Of a stretch of DNA of 35,624 nt, positions 1 through 7,050 are shown piece by piece. This stretch comes from a virus, in the IMG/VR virus record IMGVR_UViG_3300008970_000004. One strand, given 5' to 3'. Within the stretch, counting starts at the first letter, position 1; the number at the start of each line of letters is the position of its first letter. The translations under genes and the position numbers were made by a program. The notes beneath the pieces are model-generated. The model did not search any database, had not been told where the DNA came from, and saw only the letters and a program-made list of their open reading frames with translations.

Positions 1-99
1 TGTTGTTTTTAAAGATTACGTTGCAATTTATTATCGATTAACCGGACAACCAATATCATTTGATGATATTAGAAGTTCGGATGAAAAACTCAATGGTGC
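1..99. repeat. Terminal direct repeat, copy 1 (identical to 35526..35624); circular-assembly overlap
   Basis: Compared base by base: tgttgtttttaaagattacg...caatggtgc is identical at both ends. It lies inside an open reading frame that continues seamlessly across the junction. Confidence 0.95.
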
Positions 100-181
100 C
101 ATTAAGCATATCTATCCGAAAGTAGACATCATTATAGATGCTAATAGATACATATACGTATCATCTACTTTTCTTTTGTGA
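1..181 (+). CDS. int: Large serine recombinase (integrase), C-terminal end; continuation of 34237..35624 across the circular junction
   Basis: The frame carried over from 34237 puts codons at 2,5,8... It reads VVFKDYVAIYYRLTGQPISFDDIRSSDEKLNGAIKHIYPKVDIIIDANRYIYVSSTFLL and stops at TGA 179..181. The joined ORF is 1470 nt (489 aa). Confidence 0.9.
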   Translation, partial: VVFKDYVAIYYRLTGQPISFDDIRSSDEKLNGAIKHIYPKVDIIIDANRYIYVSSTFLL

Positions 182-311
182 GAATCTTATTTATATTCTA
201 TTTTTTGTTACTCTTTTGTTTTTCTAAGTACTTTTGATACTCTTTTGGATGTTCATCAACATATTTTGCTATCATAGCATTAGTGCTTCAAAATTGTTTG
301 ATTTGAGTTTT

Positions 312-1178
312 TTAAGCGTTTTTTTGAATAAAGAAAAACTCAACAAGTGCATCAGTGTGATCCACTTCATCAATAACTTCTTTCAATTTAGCAATCACAT
401 AACCACTGTCGAAATACTCATCGACAAGCTTTGCAATTTCTTTTTTTACGTCTCCCAGTGTATTACCAACATTGTCTGTAACATAAATTCTATTATTGAT
501 TTCATCATCTTTATAAATTTTAAGATAAGCTCCATTTTTCATGCTTTCGATTATATTTTGTGTTTCGTCAACCTTAATTAATTTCGTCACAACGACTTTA
601 ACTTTAGGATTGTCATATAGTGTAATTTGATTAAAGAAATTCACTTGAAGTTTTGCAATTCTGGATTTAAATCCAACCTCTTGTAGTACTGGTAATACTT
701 GAAATGTTTCGTCATCCCAGTATCTATTAAGATGACCAATTAAGTCATTGTCTGTAAGTTTCCCAATCAAAGCATCATTATGATAAATCAATAATTCAGA
801 TTGCTTAAAATCGAGTTTTAGGCCTTTGTTATTGATTGACTCAATATTTGCCATTTCAGAGACTTTAAATTCTCTTTTATATCCAAAAACTCTCAACCAG
901 TTTTCATGATTGTATGGAACAGAATCATAAAACTTAATAAATTTCGGTTTATTGTCTTCAATATATTTTTGTTTTTTTACTTTCTTTTTTTCTAGGTTAT
1001 ACTTGACAAAAATTACAATCTCAATAATAAATAATATCGTGAATATAAATGATGCTATGGTTGTTAATGTGGTATCATCATTCGGATCCACCAGAATATA
1101 AATTAAAGTCATGACACCTAAAACAATCAAATGAAAAATAGTTTTTTGCTTTTTGCTCATATTATCGTAGTACTTCAT
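312..1178 (-). CDS. Membrane protein of unknown function (two N-terminal TM helices plus a soluble domain); moron-like gene beside the integrase
   Basis: 288-aa ORF. Hydrophobic segments IFHLIVLGVMTLIYILV and IASFIFTILFIIEIVIFV. RBS GGGG 6 nt before the ATG. It has its own promoter-like element and sits downstream of a terminator. Confidence 0.7.
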   Translation of the reverse strand: MKYYDNMSKKQKTIFHLIVLGVMTLIYILVDPNDDTTLTTIASFIFTILFIIEIVIFVKYNLEKKKVKKQKYIEDNKPKFIKFYDSVPYNHENWLRVFGYKREFKVSEMANIESINNKGLKLDFKQSELLIYHNDALIGKLTDNDLIGHLNRYWDDETFQVLPVLQEVGFKSRIAKLQVNFFNQITLYDNPKVKVVVTKLIKVDETQNIIESMKNGAYLKIYKDDEINNRIYVTDNVGNTLGDVKKEIAKLVDEYFDSGYVIAKLKEVIDEVDHTDALVEFFFIQKNA

Positions 1179-1199
1179 ATATTTCCCCTTTTTTATTTA

Positions 1200-1208
1200 A
1201 TTATATCA
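1200..1208 (-). promoter_or_regulatory. Extended -10 promoter element TGATATAAT for the 312..1178 gene
   Basis: The minus strand reads TGATATAAT (TGnTATAAT consensus) about 20 nt upstream of the ATG at 1178 and immediately downstream of the 1231..1261 hairpin. Confidence 0.5.
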
Positions 1209-1230
1209 GCATTATAAAAATAGTGTGCAA

Positions 1231-1261
1231 AAAAAGGATCTGCAGTGTGCAAATCCTTTTT
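1231..1261 (-). terminator. Putative intrinsic terminator ending the late (structural/lysis-position) operon
   Basis: AAAAAGGAT (1231..1239) pairs with ATCCTTTTT (1253..1261) around a 13-nt loop. On the minus strand the stem is followed by a T-run. It lies 18 nt after the stop at 1279. The stem is AT-rich, hence moderate confidence. Confidence 0.5.
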
Positions 1262-1278
1262 GATTATCAATTATTCAG

Positions 1279-1881
1279 TTATTCAAGTGTCTTTAGCAGT
1301 CCTTGAAGGTAAGCTTTGAAATCATCAAGCTTTTCAATCTCTTGATTGATTGATGCCTTGGCCAATGCTATCTTGTCAGTATAAACACTGCAGTCTTCAC
1401 ATTCATGACATACGCCATGAAATGTAACCACTATCGGGTTCGGAGTCTCTTCTGATTCTTTTGCTGTTTCTCCAACTTCAGAAGCTTCTTCCACAATCTT
1501 TTCTTGAAATGTAGCGTTTGATTCAGGTTCTACTTCGTGCGGTATTTCTTCTTCTACCTCAATCACTTCATTTTCTAGAGCTTCTTCAGGAAGACTCAAG
1601 GCGGATGTTTCAACCACTGGAATGACAACTGATGCAATAAGTTTATCACCACGCGTAACAGTGAACTCAGCAAATTCTTCATCGGTGAATTGAAGAATTT
1701 CTTTTGCATTATCTGCAGCAATTGTCTTTGCAAGTCCGGAAACTGAATCAAAACTGTACATAGCACCGCCATCTGTGATGCCGATAGCTTGTAAGCCATG
1801 TTTATTTGCTTCATTCTGCATCTCAACAAGGTCACCAATGTTTTTGATTTTTCCATAGACACGTATTTCTGATGCGTACAT
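1279..1881 (-). CDS. Hypothetical protein (N-terminal globular domain, acidic linker, C-terminal CHECEDC Cys motif plus a helical tail) at the position of an endolysin
   Basis: 200-aa ORF. GGAGGA RBS 6 nt upstream of the ATG. The start overlaps the upstream stop as TAATG. No peptidoglycan-hydrolase motif recognized by eye. Confidence 0.7.
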   Translation of the reverse strand: MYASEIRVYGKIKNIGDLVEMQNEANKHGLQAIGITDGGAMYSFDSVSGLAKTIAADNAKEILQFTDEEFAEFTVTRGDKLIASVVIPVVETSALSLPEEALENEVIEVEEEIPHEVEPESNATFQEKIVEEASEVGETAKESEETPNPIVVTFHGVCHECEDCSVYTDKIALAKASINQEIEKLDDFKAYLQGLLKTLE

Positions 1882-2654
1882 TACACGTCCTCCTTCAGTT
1901 TCTGGATTTCAGCATCATAAGTTTGCAGTTTTGAATCGATAGCAGCGCGCTGTGTGATGAAATTGTTATTGGCAAGATCTTGTTCTGCAGTTGGCTTTCC
2001 ACCGTATTGTGTAATCCGGTTAAAGACTGGTTTCAAATAAGCATAATCAGCATCAAGCAGATCTCTTTCTTTCTTGGCCACTTTAATCAACTGATTTAGT
2101 TCTTTGATTCTCCCTTTGGAGAGTATAGTATTTTTGACTGCATCACCGAGCTCCTGACCTCTGGAGAGAATACCAGGGCCGGCTACAAAGCCGAGTGCTA
2201 CCAAGTATCCTTCAAGGTTCTCACCAACGAATGCGAGCTCCGGCATGAATACTGAAGCCACCCCTAATGCCAGAAGGATCACCGTGAACACGAGTGACAA
2301 AATCTGAACTTTACTTAATGTTTTAAAATATGCTTTCATTTTAATTCCTCCTCTTTTTAGAATTAATAATGTTCTAATCAATGCTTCCCCTTTGTGTTCG
2401 GGGTTTCTTACAAGTTGCACCAGGCTGTTTGTTTTCTCCATATTGAGAATGTCATCAAAGATCTTCTTCTTGTTTTTCCTTTTTCTTGTCAGAGCTTGGT
2501 ATATCCCGATCCAGATCAGGATGATCGATGAGATATAGAAAACTTTTTGATAGATGACAAGTTCTACGGAATCCAAAAGATCGATGAAGATGGTAAACAA
2601 TGTTGTGAGCCCTCCACCTACCAAACCCCAGAACTCTTTAATGAACTTCCACAT
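1881..2654 (-). CDS. Multi-pass membrane protein with C-terminal coiled coil; holin-like candidate with a possible internal second start at 2339
   Basis: 257-aa ORF with about four hydrophobic helices. An in-frame ATG at 2339..2337 is preceded by GAGGAGGA with 6-nt spacing. The C-terminus is rich in heptad-like charged residues. Confidence 0.7.
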   Translation of the reverse strand: MWKFIKEFWGLVGGGLTTLFTIFIDLLDSVELVIYQKVFYISSIILIWIGIYQALTRKRKNKKKIFDDILNMEKTNSLVQLVRNPEHKGEALIRTLLILKRGGIKMKAYFKTLSKVQILSLVFTVILLALGVASVFMPELAFVGENLEGYLVALGFVAGPGILSRGQELGDAVKNTILSKGRIKELNQLIKVAKKERDLLDADYAYLKPVFNRITQYGGKPTAEQDLANNNFITQRAAIDSKLQTYDAEIQKLKEDV

Positions 2655-2655
2655 C

Positions 2656-2988
2656 TCATGTGTACCTCAATTCAAGCGTTTGGTATAGGTCGTTGAACCA
2701 CTTAATCACATTGCCCACCGGATCTAACCCAAGGATGAACTGAGCGAGTACAAAGGCACCTATGAGCAGTATGCAAATGCTTAATACAGCTGCCCAATAA
2801 TTTCTTGGTTCGAAGATGAATGATCCAATCTTTTGGACCGTAACCAGGAACCACTCAAAGAATCGGTAAATCAGGTAAATAAATGTTAGAAACAATACGA
2901 TGTAGTATAAGATTCTAAGCACTTTTGGAAGCCTATTACCAACCCTATAGGCAAACCGTTTTGTTATAGCTGCTACATTTGCGTCCAT
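2656..2988 (-). CDS. Small two-TM membrane protein (holin-like)
   Basis: 110 aa. TM segments ILYYIVLFLTFIYLIY and AAVLSICILLIGAFVLAQFILGL. Lies directly downstream of the tail fiber genes. Confidence 0.6.
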   Translation of the reverse strand: MDANVAAITKRFAYRVGNRLPKVLRILYYIVLFLTFIYLIYRFFEWFLVTVQKIGSFIFEPRNYWAAVLSICILLIGAFVLAQFILGLDPVGNVIKWFNDLYQTLELRYT

Positions 2989-3018
2989 AGCATCCCTCTT
3001 TTCTATTTATAATTTCGA

Positions 3019-3321
3019 TTATTCTGAAACATAGTACGATACGACATCACTCATGTCCTTACCAGCTGCTTGAGCTCTTGCGTAAATCATGAACCCACCT
3101 ATAAAGAATCCAGTATTGATCGTAACAGAATTTAAATCTGAAGCAACACTTCCTCTAGCTGTAGTTGGTGGATTTGTGTTGCAGTCAGCATAAATTGTCA
3201 CTGTGAGATCATCGTTGTTTTTAACCGTGTATTTCCACGTGGTTGCAAAGAATGGAGTATTGATTGTCGGATTTGCAGTCTTTTGAGTTGTGACTTGACT
3301 ATTTACTACTCCTGGTATCAT
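3019..3321 (-). CDS. Small hypothetical protein downstream of the tail fiber (100 aa from MIPGVV...)
   Basis: The ORF track extends to 3348, but the ATG at 3321..3319 overlaps the fiber stop TGA 3320..3318 as ATGA, a translational-coupling arrangement. T/N-rich with a hydrophobic C-terminal patch GFFIGGFMIYA. Confidence 0.55.
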   Translation of the reverse strand: MIPGVVNSQVTTQKTANPTINTPFFATTWKYTVKNNDDLTVTIYADCNTNPPTTARGSVASDLNSVTINTGFFIGGFMIYARAQAAGKDMSDVVSYYVSE

Positions 3322-5450
3322 GTCTTTAACGCTCCAAACAATAACCATGTGTCAGTAGCAATCTTCTTAGCTGTAACCACTTGATACTGTGCATTAATAC
3401 GCTTTTTGCTTCCTTCACTCACGATTGTCACTCCAGCTGTGTATCCAACAGTAACTTCACCTGTTCCATAGCGAGCCATGTGTAATTCAGTACCAACAGG
3501 ATAAGCTACAGCTGAGTTAAGTGGGATTGTGAATGTGTATGCGGTTGCTGAATTCATGTAAAAGAATTTATCTGCATCCGATATTACAAACGTGTATGAT
3601 GATGTTTTTTGTACAGGTGATGTTACATGATTATGACCTACCAAACTAACTTCAACATCATTAAATGCTAATACTGAACCATAAATTAGAACATCGTCAC
3701 CATCGGCTTGTATTTCTACTCCACCTGTGTGAGCTCTTAGATATTTAAATGTATCTGCTGTTTGTATAGTGTCATATCTTTTAATGTCTACATAGTTTTT
3801 TGTTGCTGCATCTTGAGCTAAGGATGGCTCCCCTATATCTTTTAATAATGCTCCATTAAAATCAAGATAATCTAAAGCGTTAAATGCTATTGATCCGCCA
3901 TCTGATGATATCCCTCCGTTGAAGAATACTGTTCCTGTAAAGGCTCCACCAGCTTTAGGCATTTTTAATCCGATTTCTGTTGCTATTGTGGTTGCAAAGT
4001 ACGGATCATCTCCAAGTGCTGCAGCAAGTTCATTTAAAGTATCTAATGTTCCGGGTGATGTATCTACTAGTGCTGCAATCGCTAATGCTATTTCAGATGT
4101 GATTTCTGCTGCTGTCTTTCCTCCAAGTGCTGCCATTGTAGGTTTATTGTTAGGTGAATAAACTCTTTGTCCATTTTCTTTTATCTCACCAAATGTTTCA
4201 AATAATCCTGTCGACATATCCATGTAAGCTCGTTCAACACCTGCCGTCCTATCAATAAAACGTAATCGTTTGGTATTATTATATAAATCGATTCCAACTA
4301 TATACGATTGGTTTTTAAATTTAAATTCGGGAGATGTCGTCGATCCATCATCTAATAATAAATCACCACTTACAGTTCCTCCTCCATAATTAATTATGTA
4401 TGCGCTTATAATACCTGCAGGATCAAGTGTAATTTTATTATCAGTTTGATTTCCAAAAAACAATTTACTGTAAAGTTTGTTATCACCATACTTTGTAACT
4501 GTTGCACCTGTCTTTGATAGATTTGGTCTATCTAATTGCCATTCAATTTGCGATATGGATGTTTGATATGTTCCATCATGAGGAGTTTTTCCATAAATAA
4601 TGAACTCGATGATAGATCTACCGTGATTACCTCCATCACTAATTTTTTGAACATAGTTTGATGTAAGATTATTCCCAATGTAATCTGTTGATGTAATTTT
4701 TTTCCATCCAATCCCATGTGGCTGATATGAATAATTAAACACTCGATAATCAGAAGCTTGCGATGGTGTTCCTGCATAATAGAATGATAGATAAAAGTTA
4801 CCGTAAGAGTATCCTATTTCTGTTCCAAAGGTATCATAATAATTACCTTTTGGAGTAATTCTGACTTTGATGTAGTAGTCGACAGATGAAGTCGATGCTG
4901 TTGTTTCATAACTGCCATCAAAGAATGTTGATGCATTCAATGTTGCACTTACTGGACTATCAATATATTGAACTATTTCAGCACCTGGATATACATGTGG
5001 TGTTGTAGGAGTATATGTAAATGTAATAACTCCTGTTGTTGAATTATAAGAATAATGAGTTGTTGCATATTTCAGAGTTGTGCCATCATAAACTACAATG
5101 CTTGAAGGCTTAGGTGTGTTTGTTATTGTGTATGATGTTCCGCTACCTGATAAAGTATACTCAGCTACCCAATCAAGGTTCAACTTTGGATATGTTTCAC
5201 CACCATAGCTTTTAAGATGACGTGTTGCAACAACTACCCATTTTTTATCTGCTGCGTGTAAGGCATTATCTATTGAATTGATATATAACTTTTTGCCACC
5301 AAATGGATTTGTTGGCATTATTACATCATTATATGGTATTTTCCCATCTAATGTGCTTCGCAAACTATCAACTTGATCTATTGATGTTCTAAAATAATGC
5401 AGTTCCCATGCAGCGCCATTGAGTAAGTAGTACTCTGACTTAATTGCCAT
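3318..5450 (-). CDS. Tail fiber / receptor-binding protein (long paralog)
   Basis: 710 aa. Contains the fiber-typical motifs SPGTLDTLNELAAALGDDPYF and DAATKNYVD. The first 24 aa match the neighbouring fiber at 20 positions. Confidence 0.8.
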   Translation of the reverse strand: MAIKSEYYLLNGAAWELHYFRTSIDQVDSLRSTLDGKIPYNDVIMPTNPFGGKKLYINSIDNALHAADKKWVVVATRHLKSYGGETYPKLNLDWVAEYTLSGSGTSYTITNTPKPSSIVVYDGTTLKYATTHYSYNSTTGVITFTYTPTTPHVYPGAEIVQYIDSPVSATLNASTFFDGSYETTASTSSVDYYIKVRITPKGNYYDTFGTEIGYSYGNFYLSFYYAGTPSQASDYRVFNYSYQPHGIGWKKITSTDYIGNNLTSNYVQKISDGGNHGRSIIEFIIYGKTPHDGTYQTSISQIEWQLDRPNLSKTGATVTKYGDNKLYSKLFFGNQTDNKITLDPAGIISAYIINYGGGTVSGDLLLDDGSTTSPEFKFKNQSYIVGIDLYNNTKRLRFIDRTAGVERAYMDMSTGLFETFGEIKENGQRVYSPNNKPTMAALGGKTAAEITSEIALAIAALVDTSPGTLDTLNELAAALGDDPYFATTIATEIGLKMPKAGGAFTGTVFFNGGISSDGGSIAFNALDYLDFNGALLKDIGEPSLAQDAATKNYVDIKRYDTIQTADTFKYLRAHTGGVEIQADGDDVLIYGSVLAFNDVEVSLVGHNHVTSPVQKTSSYTFVISDADKFFYMNSATAYTFTIPLNSAVAYPVGTELHMARYGTGEVTVGYTAGVTIVSEGSKKRINAQYQVVTAKKIATDTWLLFGALKT

Positions 5451-5462
5451 ATGTACACCCCC

Positions 5463-6668
5463 TTATGCCAGTGTCTTAAGGAATACGTCACCATCGTTAT
5501 AGCCAGTTACTGCAGGAAGTGCAGCGCCTTTATCAATTACTGCTTTTGAATTCGCAATGGTGTATGCTCCTGTAATTGTCTGAGTATTATTTGTGTTATA
5601 TGCTCCTGTACCTCTTAGAAGCGTTATCGCTGCATAGACGTATTGCATATGCTCCCAGATTGCATTTCCATCAGGCACTGGTAGTGAAGTCCATGCATCT
5701 TTATCAATGTATCCATCTGCTCCAAAGTCTGATAATTTAGTTGCATTCATTCCTGCAATCATATTATCTACGATTCCAAAGACACCTACTCCATCATCAG
5801 TTTCATTTTTAATTCTAAGTGTAGTTCCTGTTTTTTGTAGTCCAGTTCCTGGCTGAATGGTATCTGGTTTTGAGAATACGGACCATGCATTGACTACTGA
5901 TGATACGTAGATGTAATCGTTTTGCGTTGATCCATATTCTACGAATACAGAATTTCCTATTCCGCTATCAGCATCTACTTTAATTGGAATTTTAGATGCG
6001 TTTAATTGATAGACACCATTTTCAGTTACTGTAGTTTGGTTTCTAAGCAGCACCCTGTCGCTTACTGCGAGAGTATATCCATCCAATGCATTCAATGCTA
6101 ATGCAGTGTTTATGTTTGCTATAGATGCAGCCTTGACTGGATCTTTAACTTTAAACCCTGCAGATACAAGATTATCAACATATTCTTTAGTTGCTGCATC
6201 TGTTGTATTTGTAGGAGCTCCTAGGTTAACTATTTTGTATCCATGAGCATCAATTCCACCTTGTGGATTAAAACTCATAATCAAATCTGAATCTGCATAT
6301 ATTTCTACAGTATTTACTCCAAATCCAATACCATTGAATGCTCCAGACTCAAGCCAAAAGCCACCGGGAATAATTGCTTTACTTCCAGATTCCCCTGTAA
6401 TGTCGCCTGTAAATGCAGGTCCATCCTTAGTAAGATATGTTCCTGATATATCTGGTAGTAAACCTACTGGTATCAATGCATTTGCATCTAATTTTAGCAA
6501 TTTGTTTGCTGCATTAAATGCAGCAAGATAATCACTGATTGCAGTTCTTTCATCAGCTATCATGACTTTATATGTTGTTGTTTCAACAATCAAGTCTGCA
6601 GATGTTTTAAAGTAATGTAGTTCCCATGCTGCAGCATTCAGTAAGTAATATTCCGACTTAACTGCCAT
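5463..6668 (-). CDS. Tail fiber / receptor-binding protein (short paralog)
   Basis: 401 aa. N-terminus MAVKSEYYLLNAAAWELHYFKTS is shared with 3318..5450. Motifs GPAFTGDI, DAATKEYVD and DRVLLRNQTTVTENGVYQL are typical of phage fibers. Confidence 0.8.
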   Translation of the reverse strand: MAVKSEYYLLNAAAWELHYFKTSADLIVETTTYKVMIADERTAISDYLAAFNAANKLLKLDANALIPVGLLPDISGTYLTKDGPAFTGDITGESGSKAIIPGGFWLESGAFNGIGFGVNTVEIYADSDLIMSFNPQGGIDAHGYKIVNLGAPTNTTDAATKEYVDNLVSAGFKVKDPVKAASIANINTALALNALDGYTLAVSDRVLLRNQTTVTENGVYQLNASKIPIKVDADSGIGNSVFVEYGSTQNDYIYVSSVVNAWSVFSKPDTIQPGTGLQKTGTTLRIKNETDDGVGVFGIVDNMIAGMNATKLSDFGADGYIDKDAWTSLPVPDGNAIWEHMQYVYAAITLLRGTGAYNTNNTQTITGAYTIANSKAVIDKGAALPAVTGYNDGDVFLKTLA

Positions 6669-7050
6669 TTTCTACACCCTCTTTCGATTCTTTAACTGGC
6701 TTTGCCCATATGACTTGTCCATTTCTATATATTAATTGTTCCACTATTGTTTCTAGTGGTAATCTAATTTTTAGATTGGATTCTTTCTCATCAACTTCAT
6801 GAAGCTTTTCGCCATCTATTTTTAAATGAAATAAACGCATTTTTTTCAGTTGAGCTTTAACAATGTTTGCTTCATAAATTGCAGGGATTCCTTTGTAGTT
6901 TCCAAATAACACAGGTTCTTTGTAATCTACACCAAATTCAATTGCCGCCATAGGAAGATCTATAAATACATCGCTATTTGGCATAATTTTTACATATGGA
7001 AACTCTTCAATAGTTTCTTTTGTAGGTTTGTAATTAATAATTTGTTTCAA
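6658..7050 (-). CDS. Hypothetical baseplate/fiber-associated protein
   Basis: 130-aa ORF between Tal and the fibers, overlapping both neighbours by 11 to 17 nt. No motif recognized. Confidence 0.55.
   Translation of the reverse strand: MKQIINYKPTKETIEEFPYVKIMPNSDVFIDLPMAAIEFGVDYKEPVLFGNYKGIPAIYEANIVKAQLKKMRLFHLKIDGEKLHEVDEKESNLKIRLPLETIVEQLIYRNGQVIWAKPVKESKEGVENGS

Noticed and set aside
1222-1253. The direct repeat AGTGTGCAAA (1222..1231 and 1244..1253) around the terminator as a regulator-binding site.
   Set aside because: It is only a 10-nt pair. One copy forms most of the terminator loop, and there is no further copy elsewhere. Evidence is insufficient beyond noting it.
3318-6668. A diversity-generating retroelement acting on the paralogous fibers.
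   Set aside because: There is no reverse transcriptase ORF in the genome. The shared segment is the conserved N-terminus rather than a C-terminal variable region, and there is no template/variable repeat pair with adenine-specific differences.
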